64,000 nucleotides of DNA from Eledone cirrhosa (Eukaryota), in assembly GCA_964016885.1 (NCBI GenBank), contig OZ024743.1, forward strand, positions 181,598,001-181,662,000, written 5' to 3'. Shown piece after piece: positions 52,147 to 64,000 of this stretch (positions are counted from its first letter, which is position 1; each line of letters begins with the position of its first letter). The translations under genes were made by a program, and so were the position numbers. The notes beneath the pieces were generated by a model. It had not been told where the DNA came from. It ran no database searches and saw nothing but the letters and a program-made list of their open reading frames with translations.

Positions 52147-52204
<58 letters not shown>
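52147..52204. repeat. (AGAT)14 microsatellite
   Basis: Directly visible. Confidence 0.95.
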
Positions 52205-52205
<1 letters not shown>

Positions 52206-52206
52206 T

Positions 52207-52496
52207 TAAAGAGTCTCTTCTGTCACGAATGACCATGGGCTTTGCACCTCGAAAGTTCTCCACCGAGGCACCTATGTATATCACTCTCTCCTCTCCACGC
52301 CACCTCTGTTGTCCAAAGGCAATCAAAGGCCGTACCACAGCTCAGTACCAGTGACGTCTTAACTCTTTTCTACAGCTGAGTGAACTGGGGCAACGTGAAA
52401 TAAAGTGTCTTGCTCAAGAACACAATACATGTCCCGATCTGGAAATCGGACTCACAACCTCTTGTTTGTGAATCCAACGCTCTAGCCACCAAGCCA
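52207..52496 (-). mobile_element. tRNA-derived SINE with CORE/V-type central domain
   Basis: Minus strand starts tggcttggtggctagagcg (A box), has a degenerate B box, then gtgttcttgagcaagacact typical of CORE/V-SINE bodies; 3' end abuts the (ATCT)n run. Confidence 0.7.
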
Positions 52497-52835
52497 TATA
52501 TTAATCTGTCTATATACAAAGATTTAGTGTAACATGTAGTGCAAATAAATTACAAATACTGAAGTTTTGCTTTCATGATCATTTCACATCCGTCTTAAGT
52601 GTTGCCGTTATATTTAGAGCCAAAATATGAGAAAATGTACTGTTTCACCTTCCCCGGTAACTAATAAAAGCACTTTAACAAGTCGGTTTATTCTTTAATC
52701 TTGTAGAAATGTATTTCATAATACACATGGTTCTTGCAAGGTTCCTTACAGAGGACATTCAGTGCTTCATTTTCAGTGTCGTGAACAGGAACAACATATA
52801 TTTCGGTGACCAATTTTTTATTCCTATATAGTAAT

Positions 52836-53270
52836 AGGAGTGGGTTATATAGTGGTAGTGGTAGTGGTGGTGGTGTTATTTGAGGTAGTGGTAGTGGAAG
52901 TGGTAGTGTTATTAGAGGTAGTGGTAGCGGCGATGTTATTAGTGGTAGTGGTGGTGTTATTGGTGGTGGTAGTAGTGGTGGTGTTATTTGAGGTAGTGGT
53001 GGTGATATTAGTGATGGTGTTGGTGGTGGTAATATTAGTGATAGTGGGGATGGTGGTGGTGGTGTTATTAGTAGTAGTGGTGTTATTAGTAGTTGTGGTG
53101 GTGTTGTTTGAGGTAGCGGTGGTGTTATTAGAGGTAGTGGTGGTGATGGTGATACTAGTTGTAGTGGTGGTGTTATTAGTGGGAGTGGTGGTGATATTAG
53201 TGATAGTGATGATGGTGGTGGGAATATTACTGATCGTGGTGGTGTTATTAGTGGTAGGGGAAGTTGGGGC
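52836..53270. repeat. Degenerate (GTG/GTA)n trinucleotide low-complexity tract
   Basis: Recurrent gtggtggtgttatt(a/t)g units; source of the poly-Val ORF 52840-53307. Confidence 0.85.
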
Positions 53271-53343
53271 TATGATAAGATATTTTCTTTGCTATTTTTA
53301 TTATTAGTAGTATTCGTATTAATATTACTAGCACTATTATTAT

Positions 53344-53552
53344 GGATTGGCAGTATTGGTAGAGCGTCGGACACCCTGCTTCGCGACAGAGAGTAACAAC
53401 TCTTTACATTCTGAATTCAAAATCCCGTCGAGGTTAGCTTTGCCTTTCATCCTTACGGTGTTGATAAAATAAAGTACCAGTCATCCACTCGGGTCGATTT
53501 AATTGACTTCCCCATCCTCCAAAATTGCTGGCATTGTGCCTAAATCAGAAAC
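53344..53552 (+). mobile_element. tRNA-derived SINE with Meta-domain-like core (copy 1)
   Basis: A box tggcagtattgg, B-box-like gaattcaaaat, core gcctttcatccttacggtgttgataaaataaagtaccag, tail ttgtgcctaaatcagaaac. Confidence 0.72.
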
Positions 53553-53564
53553 TATTGTTATGAG

Positions 53565-53763
53565 AGTGGTAGATTGGCAGGATCTTTAGAGCATTGGACT
53601 ATGTGCTTTGGAACATTTATTTACGAGCCTTTTCGTTCTGAGTTCAAATCCCACCGAGGTCAACCTTCATTTTTCCGAGAACAGTAAAATAAGAACCAAT
53701 CAAATATTGGGGTCGACTTTCCTTTCTCTCTAGTTTGCTCTCCTTGTGCCTAAATCAGCGACC
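53565..53763 (+). mobile_element. tRNA-derived SINE, same family (copy 2, head-to-tail, more decayed)
   Basis: gattggcag..., B box gagttcaaatccc, gaggtcaac, same tail ttgtgcctaaatcag. Confidence 0.7.
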
Positions 53764-53984
53764 ATTGTTATCATCATTATGCTTGCAACAGTTTATGCGA
53801 GTTTCTACTACAGAATCAAGGACTCCTCAGAATCAAGTATTCCAGTACATTCAGCTGAGAGTGAGTACCAACAGTACCCGGGCCCTTCCCAGGGAGGGTC
53901 TTGTACTCGCAGTCGCTTAATGTCAAGGAAACTGGAGATAAGCACCGGCTTGATTAGCCTTCGGTTTTGAACAAACTTTAACTA

Positions 53985-54490
53985 ACAATCGAAACCATTT
54001 CGGATTATCAGCATGGTCCGCCAACGGTGCACTCTCACTTCGTTTCTCTAAGTGCTGACACTCGAGTCAATACAGCGGAAGCTGGAGCTGTTGAAGAGAA
54101 TTCTCCTCAAACTAAACCGCGGAAAAACTGCTGCGTCGAGATATGCAGACGACGCCACAACAATGGTGTCGGGTACCTCGAGAACGGAGGTGTTCATCAC
54201 CAAAGGAATACGAAACGTTGACAGGAACCAAGATTAACCTGCAAAAAAAAAAAACTATACATGCATCACAACACCTACCAAAGGCAAGTTCATGCCGTCC
54301 GACAGTCTCGTAGGGCAATAAACGAACTGTTACGTTGCTCGAGGTATAGTTTGTTCTGGGCCTTCCAGTGGGTAGCAACAGCGGCGAATTAATGAGCAGG
54401 ATAGCAAATCTGACTCAGATATCGGTCAAGAGGAAGATATTTCTGAAAGTTTGGAAAAACGTGGCGAACACCTACATTATCATCTGACTT
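53985..54490 (+). pseudogene. Old internal RT fragment of the Tx1 family
   Basis: LTLESIQRKLELLKRI...SRYADDATTMVS aligns with LALEPLLRKLELLRGI...SAYADDVTVMVS of the full element; similarity continues to gtggcgaac (~54465 vs ~60645). Confidence 0.85.
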
Positions 54491-54635
54491 TCTTGATTTG
54501 CCTTAGTTTTCGTCAGACGAGTCTATTTGAAGCCAATTCCTTTTTTAGTATTGTGATATTCCCTTTGCATCCGTAATCAAATCCTGCTAGGTTTAACTTA
54601 GTCTTTCAATCTTGTCGGGTTTAATCTAATAATTT

Positions 54636-54978
54636 CTCTCTGGTCTCAAATAATCGCCGTACCCTGCCCGGTCATTGATTTTTCAGATGTTTTCTGCTCA
54701 CACACACCGCCCCTGCTCTTATTCCATCCCAACGCCCACGCTTATTAAATTTTGCTAATCTATCTCTGGCAAAATTTTATTTTAAGTGGTACTGCGAAAA
54801 TTAATTTTCTTTTTACATTAAAAAAAACATTATGCATGACAAAAAAAGTACATTACTAGAAATGCAATACGTTATAAAATAAATACTAATTCTGGTTTTT
54901 ATTTCAAATCAACGGAGATAACCCAGAAAAATTATCTATTTTCCAACCCCCATACCTCTATTATTTGGGACCCGAGAG
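54636..54978. mobile_element. MITE with 19-bp terminal inverted repeats
   Basis: ctctctggtctcaaataat (54636-54654) vs attatttgggacccgagag (54960-54978), 17 of 19 complementary; TA follows the right end. Confidence 0.7.
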
Positions 54979-55339
54979 TACCAGTGAAGCTATGGAGGTC
55001 AATCTAATCGCCTACAACCCTCCAGCCCACTCCTTTAAAGATGTCTTTTAATGCCAAAAATTACAAATCATTATTACGGAAGTATTATTCCGGCATTGGA
55101 GGGGCAGATGTGGGAAACAAGTCAGATTAAATACCTTCATCATCATCAGCAGCAGCAGCAGCATCATTACGATAAATGGACTATTTGTTGATTTTGCGGG
55201 AATTAAACAAATTTCATTTTCCTGTGTGAGTGGGGTAAATTAGTGCACTGTTCCTTCCTGATCAGTGGGAGTAACATAATATGTGACACACACACACACA
55301 CACACACACGCGTACACTTAACTTCGTTATTGAGTTTTC

Positions 55340-55658
55340 ATTCCTACGTCCGTCAATAATTCACGTCCTCTTAGGTCTTGAAAAATCACCCACACCCCCG
55401 CTTATTAATTTGTCAGAATTTTTCAAACACCCCACCCTTATTAAATTTGCTAATCTATCTCCGGCGAAATTTTATTGTATGTGATTCATACTGATACAGC
55501 AGTTGGAGAATCTATTAATAATTTTATTTTACATTAAAAATAAATATTAAATATGACAAAAGAAAAACATTACAAGAAATCCCATATTTTCAAACGTACA
55601 CTATACAATTACTGATTTCCCATTATTGCCACCCCTCCTATTATTTGGAACCCGAGAG
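55340..55658. mobile_element. Second diverged copy of the same MITE
   Basis: Shares cttattaaattt(t)gctaatctatctc..aaattttat and the right end tattatttgg(a/g)acccgagag; left end decayed, coordinate approximate. Confidence 0.65.
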
Positions 55659-55664
55659 TGCAAC

Positions 55665-56212
55665 CAAAGTCCCTTCCGCTCTATGCCTATCACACAAAAC
55701 TCTTTTAATCCTCCTCTCTGTATCTACTAAAACCAAATTCCAGCCCTCTCTATATATACCACGACATCACCTCTCTTATCCCACTCTCTATATCTAAGAC
55801 TAATATAATCTCTCATTCTCTATAAATATCTACGCTTATCTCTCCTAATCCCCCTCTGTATATCATTCACCCCTAAACTCTCTCACTTTCTACATCTACT
55901 ACACAGAACTCTCTTCCAATAGCCCTCTCTATATTAATAAACATCAATCTCTTCCCCTCTATATCTAATATACAACACACTCTCTATATCAATTACCACC
56001 AAACTATCTCCCTCTCTATATCTACCATATAGCACTATCCCTCATTGCCTCTCATTCTATCCATCACTACCAAACTCTCCCCCTCTCTATATCTATCAGT
56101 ACCTATCTCTATTAATCCTCTCCTATTCATTTCCACCAAACTCTCCTCTCTCTCTCAATCCTCCTCTCTGTCAATTAACACCAAACTCTCCCCGTCTCTA
56201 TATCTACTACAC
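55665..56212. repeat. Degenerate CT-rich minisatellite, left part, interrupted by the Tx1 element
   Basis: Recurrent accaaactctccccctctctatatcta and actctcttccaat motifs; continues at 61872. Confidence 0.8.
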
Positions 56213-56391
56213 AGTAATTCGGAGTTAGACGTGTTTTTATTCTACTGCGAATTTTGGATTATTTTACCTTTTTTATTTGTTATTCTGTAAGTTGAACTTT
56301 ATTTCTTATTGTAGCCACTCGCCTACACTGGTAAGCGAGTGGCAATATTTTGTATATTCTTGCCCCTTTTGGGGGTTTAAGAAAAAAAATT

Positions 56392-58287
56392 ATGTCGGAA
56401 AAAATGTCAACAACACCCATTAAGTCCACGGAAAACATGCCAACGGAAAGGGATAAAACTAATAACAATTGCCTGGAAAAAATAATAATGACAACAATAA
56501 AAACAACAGATGCCATAACCAGAAAAAAATGGAAAAACTGCCACGCCCACAAAAGAAAAGAAAAAAGAATCACAAGAAACTAAACCTACTCCCCCCCCCT
56601 CAAATGCGAACACCAACTTGAACACAACGCCAAACAGTGAAGATGTAAATAATAATAATACAAATAACGACAGCACTAACAAACAAAACACAACAAACGA
56701 CAACAGCAAAACAGAAGAAAGCAGCCAACAAAAGAAAATTTCCTTCGCCCAGACGGCAAGGAAATCAATAGAATACGTACCGCAGGACATTAGTAACGCA
56801 AAGAAGTTGCTGGCAGAAGCTAAGCAGTACATAGTTCAGGGGGGAAACGGGGCTTTTACAATACCCCCCCCCCCCCCCCCCTGGAATGGTTGAAACAAAA
56901 AACTGAATACAGTGGCATTCAGAACGATAATAACACCAAGAAACCAACACAACCAACACAAAAAGACATTGAGTTGGTCCTAAGAGAGAAAATGAGAAAT
57001 GTGGTCTTTATCGAAAAAGACAAATTGTACGGAAGTTTGTCCGTAATAATGAAAACAAAGAAAGCGGCCGAGGAACTGTCAGTGACGCCGTTGGTGTCAG
57101 CAGCGTACATCTTCTACCCAACATACATGGGTAGAAGGACATAAAAAATAAAAATCCATAGCTTGATACCCATCATGGACTACTGGTGGGTGCTAACCGG
57201 CTTACTGGATCTAAACGACGACATTCTAATTGCCATAGGAAAGGCTTCGGGTGACGCGTACAATGGAACGGGCCTCGAACTCATAGTGCAAATGAGGCCC
57301 GAAAGGATTGCTCAAATCCCTGAACGCGTCACCCTAGGGGATAAAACCCCCATAAACATTATCGTTGAGGGGAGGCGACCCTCCTGTTTTCTCTGGGGCG
57401 TCAGAGGGCATGTGAGGGCTGTCTGTCCCCAGCTCCAAAAAAGAACAACGCCATTATTACCCACACCAACAATAATTACACAAAATACACCACCACCTCC
57501 ACCACAAAAACAACAAACCACACCACCAATAGTACCACAACGTCAACAAAAACCAACCACCAAGATACGGAACACTGTACCACCCACACAGAAAACAAAC
57601 ACACACCAAACACAAACACCACCATCACCACAAAAACAACAAACTATACCACCACAACAACAAAAACAAGAAAACACAAAACAAAACACAGTCCCACCCA
57701 CAAACTCAAATACACGCACCGACACAACACCGCCGCAAAATATCCCCCTACCTGCCAATTCGGAGGGGGACCTCCAAACGTCCCAGGACGAAGGAGGTTC
57801 TTTCCAATTGATAAAAAGAAAAAAACGCAAACCCATTACACAAACAGAAACGCTCCCCCCCCCCCCCCCCCCAAAAAAAAAAACGACCACAACTAATCAA
57901 GAACCAAACACATCCACACAAATATACTATACATACATCAACAAAGAAAACAAACAATTACACAACATAATACATAACCCTGCGGTACAAACCGTAGAGT
58001 CTGACTTTAAAATCGCAGAGAGACACCCTAAACTAAAAATGGTAAAAGGCCCTCTGGACATTTATAGAACGCTCAGAAAAACTTACCCGGAGGAAGTAGG
58101 ACCACCCTGTGTGAAACCGGTCAATCGCGTCCTCCTAAATTTCGCCACTCCAATCACCCGCTCAACTCCAAACACCCCAACCCCACCACACACAAATACC
58201 CCCACACCACCACAAAATACCACCCCACCCAACATTATCACTCTCATGGAAGTTGTGCAGCCCGGTCCATGCGGCGCATTGAGGTAG
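56392..58287 (+). pseudogene. Tx1 ORF1 (gag-like, zinc knuckle, T/P/Q/N-rich regions), with frameshifts and stops
   Basis: Consecutive ORF pieces 56350-56583, 56618-56893, 56890-57144, 57163-58287; ISFAQ motif; VEGRRPSCFLWGVRGHVRAVCP is a CCHC knuckle with C>W. Confidence 0.78.
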
Positions 58288-58317
58288 GTGACCCCTTTTC
58301 TTTACTCTAGCTCAAAC

Positions 58318-61300
58318 ATGACTCGATTGAGAGTTGGTTGTCTGAATGTGCGTGGCCTGGGCTCGGCTTGGAAGCAAGCTAAGCTTCAAAATGACCTTGG
58401 GTCACGCGGTGAAAATGTGATGGCGATTTGCGAGTCCCGGATCAGCAGCTTACGACAGCTGGCCCCCGCCTTCGATGACTTTGAGATGCATGCATCTCTC
58501 TGGCAGCCCAGAGTGGGGGTGGGGGTTGTCGTACTAATGCAGAAACATCTGGGTAACGCCGCACTGATTGTTCACTCGGACCCGGGAGGTCGATTGCTGG
58601 TGCTGGACGTTGACAGTGGTGAAAGCGAAGCCTTTAGGCTGGTGGCAGAGCGTCCCGACTTCTTCCGGCGCCTGGAGACTTTTCTAGGGACGTCCCGTTC
58701 CCTGCTTTTAGTGGGGGGGGGCTTAAATGGTGTCCTAGATGCACGTTGGGACTATGCAGGGGCATGTCCCGATAGAGGGGGTGTCAAAGCCTCAAGGAGT
58801 TACTCGGCCGATTTGACCTGGCCGATAGATTTCGACTCGATTGTCCGAATGCCCCAACCTGGACTTGGACCAACCGCACCGGACAATCTAGATCGTACCT
58901 AGATAGAATGCTAGTTAGAGTTAAGGATAGGGACCTAAGTTGTCCAGATATGCTCATGGTTGACTATTCCGATCACAAACTAGTGACCTGTATGGTCAAC
59001 CTTGATAGAACCCATAGACAGGGACCCTGTTACTGGAAGCTCAACTTGTCCTTACCGGCAAGGGGAGCTTACAGGAACCGGATTAGTACTTTAGTTAAGG
59101 AACGGTTGACGGGTGCAGTCGTCAACAGCAGGTGGTGGTTATCTCTCTCGAGAGATTAGAGTAGCGTTGATAGGTTATAGTAAGGAACTAGCCTCGGATA
59201 GGAATAGAAAGGAAAGGGAGTTGATAGCTAATGTAGAAGAGGCATTTAGGAGCGGAGACGTGGCCAAAGTGCTAGCGTCGAGAACGGCCTTGAGCCAGTT
59301 TTTCGACGCGAAGCACGAATACTGCGTCCTCCGAAGCAAAATACGTGCGCCAGGAAACGAGGGGACCAAAGCTGTTAGCTGGGCCCGCGTAACAAGCCAA
59401 GAGTGGAATTAAATCCACCATCCGGTCTTTGAGAGACCAGGATGGACGGACGATCCTTGAACCTGAGCAGATGTATGAGGCCTTTCAGGGGTACTTCGCC
59501 CAATTGGTCGGGAGGGGCGGGAGACCGGATGTGGATTTCGGTCCATAGCTCGACGGCCTGCTGCGTCTTTCGGACGAGGGGGCGAGGTCCTGTGAGGGGC
59601 CTATCTCGGCTGCTGAAATAGGGAGCGTGCTAAGCCTATGCGGCAAGCGCAAATCTCCAGGCCTCGATGGTCTTCCCTACGAATTCTATATTAGCTAGCC
59701 ACACTTGTTCTCCGATCTCCTCAAGGTGGTCTACTGAAACTGGCAACAGAGCGAGGGAATTCCCCGCTCTGTGACCAAGGGCGTAGTCTCGCTAGTGAGG
59801 AAGGACGAGAACAAGGGGGACGATATTAGTAATTTTAGGCCCATAACCCTGCTTAATGCAGGGTTAAAGATTTTGGCCAAGGTGCTAGCAAAGAGGTTAG
59901 CGCTTGTCGTGGGCGGACTGGTGGGAGATGCGCAGACATGCGCTATCCCGTCCAGGTCCATTCACGACAACCTCCACCTCATGCGATACATCATAGAGAG
60001 GGTTGGGAACGAACCCGGTTTTGATCAGTCTAAGGCATTCAATAGGGTCGACCATGGTTACCTGGATGCGGTGATAGCGGCGGCTGGTTTCGGGCCCGTT
60101 TTCAGGGGCTGGATCTATGCCATGCATAGCAGCCGCTTCTGCTCTAGAGTCAAGGTGAACGGCTACCTCTCGGAGCCGTTCGAAATCGCCCGCTCCATCC
60201 GACAGGGGTGCCCTCTCTCCTCCCTTCTGTACGTATTGGCCCTCGAGCCTCTGCTGCGGAAGTTGGAGTTGTTGCGGGGCATACCCTTGGAACCGGGATT
60301 GCACAAAGCGGTGTCGGCCTACGCCGACGACGTAACGGTAATGGTGTCGACCGCCTCAGAAATCGGGCCAATCGGCAATCTTACTTGAGGAGTACGGAAG
60401 GTTGACAGGAGCTAAACTGAACCGGGACAAGTCGATCGGTTTGCAACTCGGAACGTGGAGGGGCAAACCGATGCCCTCCGATGGCGTCGTCGGACGCTGG
60501 ACGGAGGGACCGGTGAAGTTACACGGGGTCTGGTTTGGACCGGACCACCAGGTGGAGAAGAACTGGGGCGAGGTGTCGAGCAGGGTCTTTGCGCTGACCC
60601 AGAAGTGGGCCAATTGCAAACTATCCCTGAAAGGCCGGGCGGAGGTGGCGAACGCTTATATAGCGTCCGTCATCCACTACCACCTGACCGTTATGCCTTT
60701 CCCCAAGAAAACTCTCGACCTTATGGAGCGCACGCTCTTCCGATTCCTATGGTGAGGAGATCCATTTGCTGCCAACACCCTCTGAAAGGAGGGCTGGAGA
60801 TGCCGTGGCTAATGATGCGTAAACACGCATTAAGGCTACGGCACCTCCAGGTATTCCTCACCGGGAAACCGGTGTGGGCCCCGTTTGTGAGACGAGTCTT
60901 TCCGAGACTCTTCTCGCTCACCGAGCTGCAATCCTGGGTAAAGCGAAGACCGAGAAAACTGGGCGCCTGGCACACTGAGTGTGCCCAGGCACTCACGGCT
61001 CTCTGGCAGGCGGACCCGGCTATCAGTGGAGATTCCACCTCGACATTCTATAGAGGGCTGGTGGCTAGCGGGGCGACGACGCCCTTGGCGAGTCCCTAGG
61101 CATGGAGGAAGACGAACTGGCCAGCCTATTCGGTAGGACATTTGGCCCAGGACCTATGGACAACTTCCAGAGGTCCCTGGCCTGGCAGTGCTACCGAGGG
61201 GCTCTGCCCGTTCGAGAAAGGCTCTACAGATACGGGTTCCCGGGCGGGGATCCCTCGCAAAAGAACTGTCCCTGTGCGACGAGGAAACCGTTGCACACGC

Positions 61301-61672
61301 ACTGGTAGAATGCCCTGGCATTGCCGATCTGTGGGGCTATGTCGAACGACTGCTGTCACAGGTGGCGCCAATCCGGTTGACCACCGAGTCCATTGTGACG
61401 ATCAAGCCGCCTCCCCGCTTCGAAAACGGAGAGGCGGTCTTTCTGTGTGTAGTAGCCATGGCGAAATAAGCTGTGTGGTGGATGCGACTGAAAGGGCTAA
61501 GGTCGGGCGACTTTCTCTCCGGCCAACAGCTGGTCCTCTTCTTCCGATATCACTTCGGAAGAAGGATCAGGGTGGAGAGAGAGGCCCTCGGCCCAGCCGG
61601 TTTTATGAAAGGTGGGTGAAAGTGGCGAGAATGGCCCGTGTGAATGGGCGTTCTCTCTATATCAGTCTGTAG
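58318..61672 (+). pseudogene. Tx1 ORF2: apurinic-like endonuclease, RT, C-terminal Cys/His motif; many disablements
   Basis: LNVRGL, ICES, YSDHK, YWKLN (APE and linker); KSPGLDGLPYEFY, NFRPITLLN, DQSKAFNRV, RQGCPLS, YADD (RT); EETVAHALVEC. Confidence 0.93.
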
Positions 61673-61871
61673 AGGTAAGAGAAGAGGGAGCACCCCTTCT
61701 CTGTGCTCTCTGGCAGAAGGGTCGCACACTTTTTCGGGGGGGGGGGGAGTAACCCCAAAACTCTTCCTCCCAATTGAGGAATTGATTGTTATATTTTGAT
61801 TGTTATTTTTATATGTACTCGATGTTTGTAAAACGTCCCCCACCCAATGCCCTGGTGGCAAATAAAGAAAT

Positions 61872-62185
61872 TATATCTACTACACGGAACTCTCTTCCAA
61901 TCCTCCTCTCTATCAATGAGCACCAATCTCTCACCCTCTCTATATCTAGTATGTTATCCTCTTCCAATCACGCTCTCTATATTAATTAACGCCAAACTCT
62001 CCCCCTCTATATATCTACTACACGGAACTCTCTTCAAATTCATATCTCTATATCAATAAACATCAATCTCTCGCTCTCTCTATATCTAATAAGCAACACA
62101 CTCTCCCAACCTTCCTCTTTATATCAATTACCAACAAACTCTCCCCCTCTCTATATTTATATCTCCCCCATCTCTCTCTATATAG
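61872..62185. repeat. Degenerate CT-rich minisatellite, right part
   Basis: Same motifs as 55665-56212. Confidence 0.8.
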
Positions 62186-62324
62186 CATGTACATAAATTG
62201 TAGCTCATATACAAATAGATGTTTTGGTAGTTTGGGGAGAAATATACGATTAGTGGGGGGGGGCAGAGTTAGAGTACATTACGTATTGACTAGCCTATTT
62301 CCCTTCGTAAATTCAAACGTTCTC

Positions 62325-62362
<38 letters not shown>

Positions 62363-62399
62363 CTCTGTGTGTGTGTGTGAGGATGATTCATTAATTATC

Positions 62400-62905
62400 T
62401 GCAATGCATTGAGAATTGTTTTCCTGTTTGCAGATTCCTCAAACACTCCTTCCAACTGGTTCTGTCAGAAGTCCGCCATTTGCGCGTTAGATTTACAAGC
62501 CGAATGTTGGGTTGGTCAAACAACTGGAACACTCATCGTCGAATCCGACGAAGTTCCAATAACAATAATGGCTGCTTTACTCTTTACTCTTATCAGGATT
62601 TCTTCATTTGTACTCCGGCCTCGCCAGGTGACCTTCATAATCTTTCGATGCTACCTTTGATGGAATGCACTCAACTTTCTGTCGATTTTTGCCATGCTCT
62701 TCCAAGTGTTGTTGGCAGAGATCGCTATAGGGTGATCGATGCTGTTGTATTGGTGTAATCTGAACTTTGTATCGATAGTTCAGGCTAAGCAGATAAAATA
62801 TATTCACTGAAACATTATCATCATCTTTCCGATTCTGCTGCTGACGCCCACACTGACATTTCTCCGAATATTGGAATTTTGGGTGTTAAAGTACTTCCAA
62901 ATAAC
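62400..62905 (-). pseudogene. RTE-clade LINE relic (post-RT region)
   Basis: Minus strand reads ..PIAISANNTWKSMAKIDRKLSAFHQR*HRKIMKVTWRGRSTNEEIL.., like RTE Y.SETW...L..FH.RCLR.IL.I.W.D.V.NEE. Confidence 0.7.
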
Positions 62906-63169
62906 CCTTCAACCTATCGCCTGTTTGTTTTACTCAAATATGTCTTAAATTGCTGTCTATTTGCTACAGAAAGATGTGTGTTCGTTGATGAGCTCTTAGT
63001 GAAAAGCCTGTTTATCTGAGGTATGAAAAAGCTTGAGTGAAAACAGACCCAAGGTGTTGAAATGTATAAGGACTACGCTCTATATATACAAATACAAATT
63101 TTTCATATACTTCGGATATATATTGTTATACTTTAGGGAGGTCGTGTTTCATGGAGGGTCGTGGGGGAA

Positions 63170-63530
63170 GGATCCTTAAACACTCCTTACAGCGGGCCCT
63201 GTCAAAAGCAACCGTCTCCAATTGATCCGGCTGGGATCCACAAGAGAGACCAGCCAAGCCCATGGATGTTATACAACCATCTTGTTTCGGGTCTACTCCT
63301 GGGTCTCCTGCCAGTTGATTTTTGCCCGTAAAATCTGTCCTGCGATTCTTTCCTAAGACATTCTAACCACATGCCCATAGTATCGGTGTTGTGATCTCTC
63401 AAATTTGTTTTATTTGTTCACGAGTGTTTAAATCAGTTATGGACAACCTGCTGTCCGCGAAGCTTTCTGAATGGCTCGCCTAAGTGACTTAGGTGAGCCA
63501 TTCAACTTTTCAATAGTAATTTATCTTTTT
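63170..63530 (-). pseudogene. RTE-clade LINE 3'-end relic
   Basis: TGRRPRSRPETRWLYNIHGLGWS matches the RTE C-terminal G.R.RGRP..RW.D motif. Confidence 0.65.
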
Positions 63531-63824
63531 ATCATTTTTACGATCGAGGAAAATAACGTGTACGAATTCTAAGGAAACAAATCAAAACAACCTGAATTAC
63601 CGCCCTTTTTAATGTGGGCACGAAGGTAATTTAGCGTTTGCGGCCCGCCTGATGATGAGCCATATCTCATATTATTAGTCAGGTCACTAATCCAATAAGT
63701 GAGATCAAACGAAATCAAAACGAAGAAACACAGAACTTCATGAGTCATTGAGAAGGTCACAGGGTGTGACGACTAACCGAGGAATGGATTACTTATCTGA
63801 TTAATAATAAAACCAAAGTGAAAG

Positions 63825-63980
63825 TGTGAGTGTGTGTGTGTGAGAGAGAGAGAGCGTATGTGTGGGAGTGTGCGTAAGTGTGTGTGTTTGAGTGTATGTA
63901 TGTGTGTTTGTGTGTCTGTGCGTGTGTGTGAGTGTGTGATTGTGAAATTCCACGTGTGTCTGTGTGTGTGTGTGTCTGTG
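63825..63980. repeat. Degenerate (GT)n/(GA)n microsatellite
   Basis: Directly visible. Confidence 0.9.
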
Positions 63981-64000
63981 ATGGTAAAACATAATACACC

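Larger units (their letters stand above)
56213..61871 (+). mobile_element. Full-length disabled non-LTR retrotransposon, Tx1 clade / L1 group (5,659 bp)
   Basis: 14-bp TSD TATATCTACTACAC (56199-56212, 61872-61885); removing the element restores the minisatellite unit seen at ~61997-62036; ORF1 plus APE-RT-CCHC ORF2; ends AATAAAGAAA with no long poly(A). Confidence 0.92.

Noticed and set aside
52840-53307. 155-aa poly-Val ORF
   Set aside because: Stop-poor GTG/GTA low-complexity tract with no domain or splice evidence.
62187-62660. 157-aa + strand ORF as a host gene
   Set aside because: Spans a (TG)n microsatellite and the antisense of an RTE relic.

Overview
Eukaryotic, repeat-only window with no recognisable host gene. 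The SINE types and (TA)n/(CA)n density suggest an invertebrate, probably a cephalopod (inference). Bases 1-~42,560 are one strand-asymmetric satellite, monomer (GTT)n-ATT-(GGT)3-TTGGTAATTGT (~35-47 bp, roughly 1,000 copies), with nested higher-order duplications (6,967 bp, ~6,650 bp, ~4.0, 3.84, 3.0, 2.1 and 0.8 kb). All ORFs called there are artefacts. The remaining 21 kb is a nest of transposable elements: (i) a complete but disabled 4,135-bp LTR retrotransposon (44609-48743; 254-bp LTRs, CACAA TSD, gag plus PR-RT-RH-IN); (ii) a full-length disabled Tx1/L1-group LINE (56213-61871, 14-bp TSD) plus three relatives; (iii) SINEs, MITEs/foldbacks, mariner and RTE relics and two candidate minimal hammerhead ribozymes. 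The best lead is the LTR element. It has no TGG-type primer-binding site; the 12 nt right after the 5' LTR are instead the exact reverse complement of nucleotides 1-12 of metazoan tRNA-Phe(GAA), suggesting priming by a short 5' tRNA fragment. It also has an intact G_GGA_AAC plus pseudoknot -1 frameshift signal and atypical RT/RNase H motifs. Other leads: apparent (TATC)n targeting by the Tx1 family, and a tandem array of four perfect GGTCAnnnTGACC palindromes.
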